From NCBI GenBank assembly GCA_963662665.2, contig CAXXJS010000061.1, positions 205,840 through 269,839 of the forward strand: a stretch of 64,000 bases of DNA, written 5' to 3'. Within the stretch, counting starts at the first letter, position 1; the number at the start of each line of letters is the position of its first letter. Shown in pieces: positions 18,427 through 27,897 of this stretch. This stretch comes from Candidatus Latescibacterota bacterium. GTDB taxonomy: Bacteria; Latescibacterota; UBA2968; GCA-2709665. A program made the position numbers and the translations under genes. The notes below the pieces were generated by a model. It was not told the DNA's origin and made no database searches. It was given only the letters and a program-made list of their open reading frames with translations.

Positions 18427-19848
18427 ATGGACACGTCCCGAAACATACCGGTCACGATCCTCACCGGCTTCCTCGGCTCCGGCAAGACGACCCTGCTGAA
18501 CCGGATCTTGAGTGAGGAGCACGGCAAACGCATCGCCGTGATCGAAAACGAATTCGGAGAGGTCGGCATCGACCAGGGGCTCGTCATCAACGCTGACGAG
18601 GAGATCTTCGAGATGTCGAACGGCTGTATCTGCTGCACGGTGCGCGGAGACCTGATTCGCGTGCTCAGTAACCTCATGAAGCGCCGGGAAAAGTTCGACT
18701 ACGTGTTGGTGGAGACCACGGGGCTCGCCGATCCCGGTCCGGTCGCTCAGACCTTCTTCATGGACGACGAGATTCGTGCCGAGTTCGCGCTAGACGGAAT
18801 CGTCACCCTCGTCGACGCAGCGCACATCGAGCAGCAGCTCGGCCGAAGCGACGAGAGCACGGAGCAGGTCGCGTTCGCGGACGTCCTCGTTCTCAACAAG
18901 ACGGACCTCGTCGGCGACGACGCTCTCGACGGGCTCGAGGCTCGGCTCCGGGACATGAACCGAATGGCGCGAGTCATCCGTAGCGAGCGGGCGGACGTGT
19001 CCGTCGATACGGTACTCAACCTCGGCGCCTTCGACCTGGACTCGGTGCTCGAGCGTCGTCCCACCTTCCTTGAGCCGGAATACCCCTTCGAATGGACTGG
19101 AGTCTATTCGCTTGATGCCGGCCGCTACGAACTCAGTCTGGCAGAGGGACCGGATCCGACGATGTCTCTCGTGATTGTACCCGGCCAGGGCACGGATGAC
19201 GCGGCACTGCGTGAGGGTGCGGAGTCGTGTGTGCGTCGGTACGCCGAACCTGCGGATGTCGTTCCCCCGGGGGGCGAGATGTCCGCCGGAAGGCACCTGG
19301 GCCTGCAGCTCGACTCCCCGGGGCGCAAGTCGTTCTTCCTGGAGGTCGATACGCAGGCGAGGATCGGCTTCTACGCCCAGCACACCGCGGAGGAGTTCGA
19401 TCTGCAACTGATGAAAGCGGACGGCGAGGCGGTCAGGCCGGAAGACGGTCCGCGGCCCAGGCCGGCGACTCCCACGGAGAACGGCGCCCCGCGCGTCAAG
19501 GAAGCGCTTCCCGTCGAGGTAGAGCGAACCTGGGTCGCACAGCATGAGCACGACGACGAAGTGGGCTCGATCGCAATCGAGAGGGAGGGCGACGTCGATC
19601 CCGACAGGCTCAACGCGTGGCTTGGCGAACTGCTCAGTGAACGCGGGGTGGACATCTTCCGCATGAAGGGCTTCATCAGCCTCGCGGGTGAGTCCCGTCG
19701 CTTCGTCTTCCAGGGGGTCCACATGCTCTTCGACGGACAGCCTGATCGTCCATGGGGGGACGCGCCCCGCCGCAATCAGCTCATATTCATCGGCCGCAAC
19801 CTCGATGAGCAGAGCATGCGGCAGGAATTCGAAGCATGTCTGATTTAA
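18427..19848 (+). CDS. cobW: COG0523/CobW family P-loop GTPase metallochaperone
   Basis: GFLGSGKTT, ENEFGEVGID, GCICCTVRGDL, ETTGLADP, NKTD; CobW_C domain (FRMKG...QGVH...FIGR). Confidence 0.92.
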   Translation: MDTSRNIPVTILTGFLGSGKTTLLNRILSEEHGKRIAVIENEFGEVGIDQGLVINADEEIFEMSNGCICCTVRGDLIRVLSNLMKRREKFDYVLVETTGLADPGPVAQTFFMDDEIRAEFALDGIVTLVDAAHIEQQLGRSDESTEQVAFADVLVLNKTDLVGDDALDGLEARLRDMNRMARVIRSERADVSVDTVLNLGAFDLDSVLERRPTFLEPEYPFEWTGVYSLDAGRYELSLAEGPDPTMSLVIVPGQGTDDAALREGAESCVRRYAEPADVVPPGGEMSAGRHLGLQLDSPGRKSFFLEVDTQARIGFYAQHTAEEFDLQLMKADGEAVRPEDGPRPRPATPTENGAPRVKEALPVEVERTWVAQHEHDDEVGSIAIEREGDVDPDRLNAWLGELLSERGVDIFRMKGFISLAGESRRFVFQGVHMLFDGQPDRPWGDAPRRNQLIFIGRNLDEQSMRQEFEACLI

Positions 19849-20876
19849 ATGCCGACAGCCCGAGGGGCGCTCTTCGCCGGGGTTGGTCTGCGGCGGTTGG
19901 CGACTACGCCATCGCCGGGGGTTGGAGCCTTCGCGGTGAGGCGCTGATGGTCGGTGATGCCGCGGGTGGCGTCTATGCATTCGACGGCAAGTCTGGCGCG
20001 GCCGTCCGGGAGCGGCGCGGGGTTCATGAAGGTGGTGTGCTCGCGGTGGCGATCCACCCAAGCGGAACCGCGTTCGCTACGGCCGGCCAGGACAGCCGAG
20101 TCTTAATCTGGAGTGCCGCAGAGGGTCAGGTAAGCCGGGCTATCGACGTCGGAAGCGGTTGGGTAGAAAACGTAGCGTGGTCGCCGGACGGCCAATGGTT
20201 GGCGGCCTCCTGCTCCCGGCAGGTTCGCGTGTACGGTGAGGACGGCGCGGAGGTTTGGCGATCTGATGATCATCCCAGCACCGTCAGCGCGATTGCCTGG
20301 TCGAGCGTAGGGGAGCTGGCGACGGCCTGTTACGGTCGAGTGACGTTCTTCGACGCATCCGCTGGCGAGCTTCGCCAGAAGCTGGAGTGGCAGGGATCCC
20401 TGGTGTCGATGGTACTGAGCCCGGACGGGGATATCGTGGCCTGCGGCAGCCAGGACAACTCGGTGCACTTCTGGCGTCGCTCCACGGAGGAGGACTCCAT
20501 GATGTCCGGATATCCCGGGAAGCCGTCGGCCCTGGCCTTCGACGAGACCGGCACCCTCCTGGCCACCGGCGGAGGGGAGGCGGTGACGGTCTGGGGCTTC
20601 CAGGGAAGTGGTCCCGAAGGCACACGGCCCGGCGTTCTAGAGTTTCATGTTCAACCCGTCACGACGCTTGCCTTCGCTCCCGGCGTGATGCGTCTGGCAT
20701 CGGGAGACCGCGAGGGTGCCGTGGTTGTGTGGTCGCTCCAGAGAGATGGAGAAGGCGATCTGATAGGGGCCGCGGTTGTGGCGGGCGCAGTGGCCGAATT
20801 GTACTGGCGGCCTGACGGTCGCGCGCTTGCCGCGCTCGACGCGCGGGGTGGCGTGACGGTGTGGCGGATAGGATGA
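19836..20876 (+). CDS. WD40-repeat beta-propeller protein
   Basis: Repeats such as ATAGQDSRVLIW, WSPDGQWLAA, ACGSQDNSVHFW. Confidence 0.88.
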   Translation: MSDLNADSPRGALRRGWSAAVGDYAIAGGWSLRGEALMVGDAAGGVYAFDGKSGAAVRERRGVHEGGVLAVAIHPSGTAFATAGQDSRVLIWSAAEGQVSRAIDVGSGWVENVAWSPDGQWLAASCSRQVRVYGEDGAEVWRSDDHPSTVSAIAWSSVGELATACYGRVTFFDASAGELRQKLEWQGSLVSMVLSPDGDIVACGSQDNSVHFWRRSTEEDSMMSGYPGKPSALAFDETGTLLATGGGEAVTVWGFQGSGPEGTRPGVLEFHVQPVTTLAFAPGVMRLASGDREGAVVVWSLQRDGEGDLIGAAVVAGAVAELYWRPDGRALAALDARGGVTVWRIG

Positions 20877-20892
20877 ACAAAGTATAGTCATC

Positions 20893-21702
20893 ATGGATGC
20901 AAACGCTCTACTGGTTTTGTCGGCCTATTCAGTCGCCATCATTGCCGCTTCCCTGCTCGGCGGCAAATTGGCGGGATTGGGCACGATGACGCATACGCGC
21001 ACTCAGGTCGTGATGAGTCTCGTAGCCGGCTTCATCCTCGGCATCGCCATGTTTCACCTGCTACCCGATAGCCTCGATCACATTCCTGGACCTGGCGCTC
21101 TGGAAAAAGCCGTGGGATGGATGGTGTTAGGCATGGTGCTGATGATTCTCTTACAGCATATCTTTCACTTTCACCAGCACGACTTCAGCCGCGAGGCGAG
21201 CGATCTGTATAATGACCACGACCACGGCCACGGTGTCGTCCATTCGCCGAGTTTGTTTGGCGTTGCCCTCGGCCTAGGGGTGCATACCGCGACCGAAGGG
21301 ATCGCGTTGGGTACCAGCACGAGGTTGGAATCGCCGTATGAAGACGGAGTCTCCTTGGCGGGACTAGGGGTATTTCTCGTCATTCTGCTGCACAAGCCGC
21401 TCGATGCGTACTCCGTTATCAGCATGATGAAGTACGCCGGTCACAGCCAGCGCGCCAGGACATTGACCAATTTCGGCTTTGCCCTGCTGTGCCCGGTAGT
21501 GGCGCTGGCGAGCTTCGGAGGTGTGGAATTGCTTGGCCCGGAAGAAGGGGCGGTGATCGGCTATGTGCTGTCCTTTGCGGCGGGCGCGTTCTTATGCATT
21601 GCCTTGGGCGACCTGTTACCGGAGATTCATTTCCACAGCCACGATCGCGGCAAGCTCATCGTCTCCCTCCTTGTGGGAATCAGTCTCGCCTATTTACTTT
21701 GA
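20893..21702 (+). CDS. ZIP family metal (zinc) transporter
   Basis: Multi-TM protein, His-rich loop HFHQH/DHDHGH, HTATEG, LHKPLD, DLLPE. Confidence 0.88.
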   Translation: MDANALLVLSAYSVAIIAASLLGGKLAGLGTMTHTRTQVVMSLVAGFILGIAMFHLLPDSLDHIPGPGALEKAVGWMVLGMVLMILLQHIFHFHQHDFSREASDLYNDHDHGHGVVHSPSLFGVALGLGVHTATEGIALGTSTRLESPYEDGVSLAGLGVFLVILLHKPLDAYSVISMMKYAGHSQRARTLTNFGFALLCPVVALASFGGVELLGPEEGAVIGYVLSFAAGAFLCIALGDLLPEIHFHSHDRGKLIVSLLVGISLAYLL

Positions 21703-22055
21703 ATCCAGCACCCTTTATGGCGCACGAAGGGCATTAGCTATATCGCTACCTTCTGTCCGGTCTGCACCGACTCAACAGCAGCGTAGAGAGGGGTTGCCTC
21801 AGGGCGATGCTCGCCGTGGTGGTCGGCGCCCACGATGCGGACGCACCGAAGTTGCGTCTGGAGGCGCATACTCATGCGCGGTCGGTGCGTTTTCGCGGCT
21901 GTGACGATCCGGCGCCTTGCCCGGATTCGTCCATGGCGACCTTCCGGAGGCCCGTAGATTCTCGGTCGAAAAGTGGGAATCAACAAGGGAAGTCCTACCG
22001 GAGGATATCAATTACGTCGTTCTATATGAATGACTTACAGCATACTATTGGCGGC

Positions 22056-22171
22056 CGGCACAGCAGGCCCGGCTTCCGCTCGCGCTGTCCTACACGCCCG
22101 GCCACGCGATGATCACGGATATTCCAACTGAAAGTCTGTATAGAGCCGAAAAAACGCATGGTGAGACGTAA
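22056..22171 (+). pseudogene. displaced 3' fragment of DUF1445 gene (right copy of the 87-bp repeat)
   Basis: Encodes AQQARLPLALSYTPGHAMITDIPTESLY, then RAEKTHGET-stop; no start codon. Confidence 0.85.
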
Positions 22172-22358
22172 GACGTGAGTCGGGAGATGAAGTGGGTGCC
22201 GAAGAACGGGTAGACGCAAGACGGGAGATGATATGAATGCCCGTTCGGTTTCATTTCTTGCCGGAGGCATTAAAGGAAGAGTCAATCGGGCAAGGACGGC
22301 ATCTACCGTCTCACCTCTACTCTCTTCCCGCATTCAGGTCTTTCATCTACCGCCTCCC
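22161..22358. repeat. heptamer-periodic purine-rich repeats with downstream complementary arms
   Basis: GTGAGAC GTAAGAC GTGAGTC GGGAGAT and GGTAGAC GCAAGAC GGGAGAT versus CATCTACCGTCTCAC (22300) and CATCTACCGCCTCCC (22344). Confidence 0.5.
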
Positions 22359-22380
22359 CCCCTCTTCCGGAGAACTTGTC

Positions 22381-23136
22381 GTGACTGATTCCAACTGGCT
22401 GAAGGCGGCAACGGCGACCTGGCCGGAATGCAGGGATTTCCTGAGGGGCACGCCGTTCGCAATTCTGCCTCTTGGGGCAACGGAGCAGCACGGACCCCAT
22501 CTGCCGCAGAATACGGACACGGTGCTTGCGGATGCACTGGCCCTGGACGTCGCGAAAAAGAGTTCGGGCCTCGTGCTGCCCCCGGTCCACGTTGGGTACT
22601 CCTGGAGTTGGCGCGACTATCCGGGGACGCTCGCGTTCTCGTTCGACACCTTCCGTGAAGTCGTGAAGGACCTGGCGCGTAGCGTCCATCGGAGCGGCTG
22701 CCGGGCGCTGATGACGCTTTCAGGACACGGCGCAAATCCCGTCCCGTTGAAGTTGACAGCCCGGGAATTGGTAGACGAACTGGACCTGAAGGTGTTGAAC
22801 GTCTTCTATCCGGGTCTGGATGAAGTAATGGCCGATGCACAGTCGCCGCAATGGGCGCCGATGAATTTTCACGCGGAGGAGTTCGAAACCTCCCTGATGC
22901 TCTACCTGAAGCCCGAATGGGTCAGGATGGACCGGGCCGTGCGGGAATATCCTCCGCGGTCCGCGGAGTACGAGATGTCCACGCGGCCCCTGGGCAGTCT
23001 GTCCGGATCCGGGGTGTTCGGCGATGCCACGGTCGCATCAGCCGAGAAAGGCGAGCGGTGGTTTAACGCGTGCGTGACAAACATGGCTCGGGCGTGGACG
23101 CAGTTCCTTTCCGGGCTGGATCCTGAGGGGGCGTGA
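22381..23136 (+). CDS. creatininase family amidohydrolase
   Basis: LPLGATEQHGPHLP..TD, GHGAN, HAEEFETS, GVFGD.T.ASAEKG; GTG start after GGAG. Confidence 0.9.
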   Translation: MTDSNWLKAATATWPECRDFLRGTPFAILPLGATEQHGPHLPQNTDTVLADALALDVAKKSSGLVLPPVHVGYSWSWRDYPGTLAFSFDTFREVVKDLARSVHRSGCRALMTLSGHGANPVPLKLTARELVDELDLKVLNVFYPGLDEVMADAQSPQWAPMNFHAEEFETSLMLYLKPEWVRMDRAVREYPPRSAEYEMSTRPLGSLSGSGVFGDATVASAEKGERWFNACVTNMARAWTQFLSGLDPEGA

Positions 23137-24059
23137 TGGGAACGGTGATGACGGTGCGGGGGGAGATCGTCGGCGAAAATCTGGGCATCGTGGATTATCA
23201 TGAACACCTCTACTTCGACGCGCCGGACTGGCTGTTGCGGGAAGATCGGGATTTCCGGCTTGACAACGTGGAGCAGTCGGCGGCGGAGCTTCGGTCCTGG
23301 GCGCGGGCGGGCGGCAGGACCCTGGTTGAGATGTCCGCGATAGACTTCGGACGCAACGTGCGGCAGGTGGTCAGGATAGCCGACCTGGTGCCCGACGTGC
23401 ACGTGGTTGTCATCACGGGATATAACAAGCCCTATTTCTGTGACCGCGCGATCCTGAATCAGGACGAAGACACAATGATCCGGAATTGTATCCACGATAT
23501 CGAGGTGGGGATCGACGGTACAGGGGTGAAGGCCGGCATCGTGAAGGGCGGCAGTGGATACAATACGTTTCATGAGGCCGACAGGAAGCTGATGCGCGTG
23601 GCGGCGAAGGTGCACGCGGAAACGGGCGTGCCCGTGATTACCCATACGGAAGCCGGAACGATGGGGTACGATCAGGTTACGTTCCTGGACGCGCTGGGTG
23701 TGCGTCCGAACCGGGTATGTCTGAGCCATATGGACAGGAACCCGGATTTCTGGGAACACCGGCGAATCGCGGATACCGGCGCCTACCTGGGCTACGACTG
23801 CCCGGGTAAAGTCAAATACGGACCGGATGAATTGCGCATTTCCGTGCTGAAGAGCGTGATCGATGCCGGCCTTGGCGACCGGATACTTCTGGGCAACGAT
23901 CTGGGCCGGCCCAGTTACTGGCGAAGCTACGGAGGCGGTCCGGGGTTGGACCACGTGCTGACCCGGTTCGTTCCCCGGCTGCGGGAAGAAGGGGTCGCTG
24001 AAACAGCGATCCAGGATTTGCTGGTAAACAACCCGCGGCGTTTTCTCGCCGGCGAATAA
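23136..24059 (+). CDS. phosphotriesterase-related amidohydrolase
   Basis: HEHL, GRNV, AGIVK, ITHT, SHMD, LGND, NNP motifs. Confidence 0.9.
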   Translation: MGTVMTVRGEIVGENLGIVDYHEHLYFDAPDWLLREDRDFRLDNVEQSAAELRSWARAGGRTLVEMSAIDFGRNVRQVVRIADLVPDVHVVVITGYNKPYFCDRAILNQDEDTMIRNCIHDIEVGIDGTGVKAGIVKGGSGYNTFHEADRKLMRVAAKVHAETGVPVITHTEAGTMGYDQVTFLDALGVRPNRVCLSHMDRNPDFWEHRRIADTGAYLGYDCPGKVKYGPDELRISVLKSVIDAGLGDRILLGNDLGRPSYWRSYGGGPGLDHVLTRFVPRLREEGVAETAIQDLLVNNPRRFLAGE

Positions 24060-24174
24060 CGCGGCCGAGATAACGTCCTGTTCCGCGAATAGCCTGGCTG
24101 AAATCGGCCGACGAGTCGCCCGGCTGGCATCCATCTGACTGGTTCACGAACCGTCTGCACCCTGAGCCGCTCAG

Positions 24175-24273
24175 TGAGCTTGTCGAAGGGCCGGTGAAGG
24201 CATGTAAAGAGCGCCAGGCGGTGCACCGTAAGCCTGTCGAACATTACGAAACGCGGGCATTTCGACAAGCTCA
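24175..24273. repeat. REP-like inverted repeat element
   Basis: TGAGCTTGTCGAA (24175) / TTCGACAAGCTCA (24261) perfect 13-bp IR, plus partial copy AGCCTGTCGAA (24231). Confidence 0.65.
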
Positions 24274-24317
24274 ATGACCACGTTTCGGAGGGCACGCGCG
24301 TATCATGAGACCCACCT

Positions 24318-25817
24318 ATGTCACTGGTAATTGGAATTGACCTGGGCACGTCCAGTACAAAGACAATTGCACTGGATGAGAGCGGCACTGTACTGGCTTC
24401 GGCCAGTGCAAGTTACGGGATGAAGACGCCGCGACCGGGCTGGGTGGAACAGGACGCCAGCGACTGGTGGCGGGCGATCTGCAAGACTACCCGAGCGGTC
24501 ACGGCCGAACTGCAGGCGCAGGGACGGTCCGTGGATGAAGTCCGGGGCGTGGCGCTCTCCGGGCATATGAACGGGGCCGTGTTCGTGGACGGCGCAGGCA
24601 ACCCGCTGAGGTCGCCCATTCTCTGGCTCGACCGTCGCTCGCAGGCCGAATGTAACGCGGCGAACGCGCGAGCGGGGGATTTGCTGCGGGCCAGGGCTCT
24701 GCACGTGATGAACCCGATCAATACGCTGGCCAAGGTGTTGTGGGTCCGGGCTCACGAGCGGGAAGTTTACGAGGAAGCACGGTATGTGTTGATCCCCAAG
24801 GACTGGGTCCGGTTCCGGATGACGGGTACATTCGGTTCGGACGTGTCGGACGCGTCGGTTTCCGCGGCCGCGGACCTTCAGGCGAGGGACTGGAGCGGCG
24901 AGATTCTGGATGCTCTGGAGGTGCGCCGCAGCCTGTTTCCCGATATCTCGGAATCTCCAGAGGTGGTCGGCGCGCTCACCGGCCGGGCTTCCCGTGAAAC
25001 GGGACTGGCCGCGAAGACGCCCGTATGCGCTGGCGGCGGCGATGTCTCCTGCCTCGCGGTGGGCAGCGGCGTTATCAGACCGGGTATTGTGAACGTGGGC
25101 ATCGGTACGGCGGGGCACGCGCTTGCGTTCGCGAAGACATTGGATACGGCGGCGTTCAACAGGCTCTGGCCGGTGTGTCACTCGGTCCCCGGTGCCTTTT
25201 TCTGGTTGGGGTGTTCGTATACGTGCGGTGCGAGTATGGCATGGTTGAGTACACAACTGGGCGAGGACGTATCCGTTCTGACGCGGTCCGCTGCGGAGGC
25301 GCCCGCCGGCAGCGAAGGGCTTTTCTTCTTGCCGTGGCTGGAAGGGGCGGCAACGCCTCACCCGGACGCCGGCGCCCGCGGCGGCTGGATAGGTCTCACG
25401 CTGCGTCATTCGAAAGCGCATCTTGTGCGTTCGCTGATGGAGGGCGTGGCGTTCGATCTGAGGCGCTCTCTGGAGTGTTTCGAGGACATCGGGCTGCCAA
25501 TCGAGGACTTGCGAATCAGCGAAGGCGGCGCAAAGTCCTCTCTCTGGCGTCAGATCCAGGCCGACGTGTTCGGTCGTGACGCACGGGTGCTGGACGTACA
25601 GGATGCGTCGGCGCTGGGTGCGGCCGTGATCGCCGGCGTGGGCGTGGGCGTGTTTCCCGATTTTGAAACGGCCTGCGAACGCGCGGTGGGCCTGGGCGAG
25701 GCCATCCGGCACAGCGGGAAGCGCGCGACCGAATACGAAAAGCAGTTTCAGCGGTACCGCGGCCTGTATCCGAGCCTGAAAGGCTGGTTTAACGAGAATA
25801 CGACAACAGGACCATAA
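24318..25817 (+). CDS. xylB: FGGY carbohydrate kinase (xylulokinase-like)
   Basis: GIDLGTSSTK, SGHMNG, ILWLDRRS, PKDW, GGGD, MEGVAF. Confidence 0.85.
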   Translation: MSLVIGIDLGTSSTKTIALDESGTVLASASASYGMKTPRPGWVEQDASDWWRAICKTTRAVTAELQAQGRSVDEVRGVALSGHMNGAVFVDGAGNPLRSPILWLDRRSQAECNAANARAGDLLRARALHVMNPINTLAKVLWVRAHEREVYEEARYVLIPKDWVRFRMTGTFGSDVSDASVSAAADLQARDWSGEILDALEVRRSLFPDISESPEVVGALTGRASRETGLAAKTPVCAGGGDVSCLAVGSGVIRPGIVNVGIGTAGHALAFAKTLDTAAFNRLWPVCHSVPGAFFWLGCSYTCGASMAWLSTQLGEDVSVLTRSAAEAPAGSEGLFFLPWLEGAATPHPDAGARGGWIGLTLRHSKAHLVRSLMEGVAFDLRRSLECFEDIGLPIEDLRISEGGAKSSLWRQIQADVFGRDARVLDVQDASALGAAVIAGVGVGVFPDFETACERAVGLGEAIRHSGKRATEYEKQFQRYRGLYPSLKGWFNENTTTGP

Positions 25818-25893
25818 TCCGCCGTCTATCCCTGGATGTAAACACCTGAATACCCGGTTCTGAAATCTGCGGTATTAACGAGGAGCTCACGGA

Positions 25894-26274
25894 ATGGAGA
25901 AGGCTTTCGAGCGACCCTACCGACCTTTGAAAGCAAACGAGACGTGGATCGAGTCCTTTACGCTACACGCCATGGCCGAACAGCTTATGGGGGAAGACGC
26001 CTTTGCTGAATCCGGTCGGAACGCGCTTTCGCTGGTTCGCGGGGATGAGATGACCGTGGTCCTGACTGTGATGAAGGAGGGCGCGGCTCTGCACGAACAC
26101 CGGGCTCCGGGCCCCGCCACGGTGATTCTTCTGAGCGGACGAATCCGGATATCGTCTGGTGTCGAGGAGGCGCCGCTGGAACCCGGTTCGGCAGTTTCGT
26201 TCACGGCAAACCTCCGCCACGCCGTGAAGGCCATGGAAGACAGCGCGTTTCTCATCGTTATCGGCGGCAGATAG
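25894..26274 (+). CDS. cupin domain protein
   Basis: LHEHRAPG...LSGRI...HAVKAMEDSAFL. Confidence 0.8.
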   Translation: MEKAFERPYRPLKANETWIESFTLHAMAEQLMGEDAFAESGRNALSLVRGDEMTVVLTVMKEGAALHEHRAPGPATVILLSGRIRISSGVEEAPLEPGSAVSFTANLRHAVKAMEDSAFLIVIGGR

Positions 26275-26310
26275 ACGAGGAGGACACAATTAAACGGGAG
26301 ATTGCCGGAT

Positions 26311-27120
26311 ATGGAAACGCTGAGCGAATCGCAGGTCGCTTTTTTCCGCGAAAACGGATACATCCGTCTCGAAGGCATGTTCTCTCCCGGGGAAGTCCGC
26401 GAGATGGGCGACGAGCTGGACTACGTCATGGAGGAGTTCGCGAATTGGGATTCAGCCTGGAAGGGGCCGTGGCGGAAAGAGTATATGGATGAAGAGGAAG
26501 ACGCGGCGGCAACGCTGGTGGCCATCCATGAGTTGCAGCACTATTCTGCAGCCTGGTCCCGCGCCATCACGAAGCGGGAGTTGGGCGCCTCCGTGGGCGA
26601 TCTCCTGGGATCGGATGCCGTTGAGTTGCACCATGTCACACTGCACGCGAAGCCGCCGGACAAGGGCGCGCCTTTTCCCATGCACCAGGATCTGCCATTC
26701 TTCCCGCACGAAGACGGAAGGTACGCCGATTGCCTCGTGCACCTGGACGACGCCGACGAGACCAGCGGTTGCATCAAATTCCTCAAGGGGTCGCACCGTC
26801 TCGGCAAGCTGGAGCATATTACAGGCGCCGGTACGGCGCCCCACCTGCCCACGGACCGGTACCGGCTTCAGGATGCCGTTTCGGTTCCGGCCAGGGCCGG
26901 GGACGTGGTTCTGTTCTACCTGTGGACCATCCACGGATCGGCGGTCAATCACAGCGGAAACTGGCGGCGCCTGGTGCGGCTGGGATTCAGGGACCCCCGC
27001 AACCGGCAGGAAGGCGGGCAGGGCATGGGACGGCCCGGCTTTATCGTCAAGGGCGTCAGACCGAAGGTGGAGGGGGTGGACGTGGACGTGTATGGCAACT
27101 GGGCTCAGGATCGCGCCTAG
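26311..27120 (+). CDS. phytanoyl-CoA dioxygenase (PhyH) family protein
   Basis: FFRENGY, AKPP, PMHQD, GSH, TIHGS. Confidence 0.88.
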   Translation: METLSESQVAFFRENGYIRLEGMFSPGEVREMGDELDYVMEEFANWDSAWKGPWRKEYMDEEEDAAATLVAIHELQHYSAAWSRAITKRELGASVGDLLGSDAVELHHVTLHAKPPDKGAPFPMHQDLPFFPHEDGRYADCLVHLDDADETSGCIKFLKGSHRLGKLEHITGAGTAPHLPTDRYRLQDAVSVPARAGDVVLFYLWTIHGSAVNHSGNWRRLVRLGFRDPRNRQEGGQGMGRPGFIVKGVRPKVEGVDVDVYGNWAQDRA

Positions 27121-27154
27121 CCCCCCACGGAAACACGACACTGCGCTTACGCCT

Positions 27155-27180
27155 GCCCTGCCTGCTTCAGCAGGCAGGGT
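27155..27180. repeat. intergenic hairpin
   Basis: GCCCTGCCTGCT-TC-AGCAGGCAGGGT. Confidence 0.5.
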
Positions 27181-27240
27181 GGATCATCCCGTGTCGCTGC
27201 ACGACGAGAAACGACACGAGACATTCAGTGGGTGAAGTGA

Positions 27241-27879
27241 ATGGCGAATTTAAACCCGCACAGGTTTTCCATCGCCGAGGCGCTGCGGTTCGGCTGGCGG
27301 ACAACCCTGGATAATCCGGGATATTTTCTCGGTATCGGGAGTCTGTACCTGGTCATCGTTGTGGGCCTGAACGGCGTTGTCTTCAAGTTGAACGCATACT
27401 CGGAGGGCTGGGCGTTCCTTTTCGGTATCATTGCATTTGTCGTGGGAATCGTCATGGACGTTGGGTTGACTGTAATTTCCCTGCGTTTCGGAGATGGCCG
27501 AAAGGCGCAGGTGGCGGACCTCTTCATCCACTATCCAATGGCGCCGACGTACTTTATTTCTTCTCTTGTCGCAGCTCTGGCGGTGCTTGTCGGCCTGGTT
27601 CTGCTTATCGTACCGGGCGTGATCCTTCTGGTGATCTTTCAGTTTTACGCCTACCATATCGTAGATGAGGGCGCGGGTGCCGTTGAAGCACTGCGCCGAA
27701 GCGGGGCGTTGACCAGAGGCGAAAGGTGGCGCCTGTTTCTCTTTGGACTATTAACGGTGCTGATCAATATCGGCGGCGCACTCTGTCTTCTGGTGGGCCT
27801 GTTCCTTACCGTGCCGGTGACGCTGGTGTCACGTGCGTACGTGTTCAGGCAACTCCAGGCGCAAAGAAGCGGCGCGTAA
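27241..27879 (+). CDS. integral membrane protein of unknown function
   Basis: FSIAEALRFGW start, several TM segments, G..EALRRS..LT.G.RW.LF pattern. Confidence 0.75.
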   Translation: MANLNPHRFSIAEALRFGWRTTLDNPGYFLGIGSLYLVIVVGLNGVVFKLNAYSEGWAFLFGIIAFVVGIVMDVGLTVISLRFGDGRKAQVADLFIHYPMAPTYFISSLVAALAVLVGLVLLIVPGVILLVIFQFYAYHIVDEGAGAVEALRRSGALTRGERWRLFLFGLLTVLINIGGALCLLVGLFLTVPVTLVSRAYVFRQLQAQRSGA

Positions 27880-27897
27880 TTCGAAGCGAGGGGTGCC

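Larger units (their letters stand above)
17614..22063. mobile_element. inserted zinc-homeostasis islet bounded by the 13-bp direct repeat GCGGCCGGCACAG
   Basis: Identical 13-mer at 17614-17626 and 22051-22063, at the points where flanking gene homology breaks; no intact integrase. Confidence 0.65.

Noticed and set aside
21738-22112. Several short ORFs at the right end of the islet
   Set aside because: No RBS or motif support; probably decayed sequence
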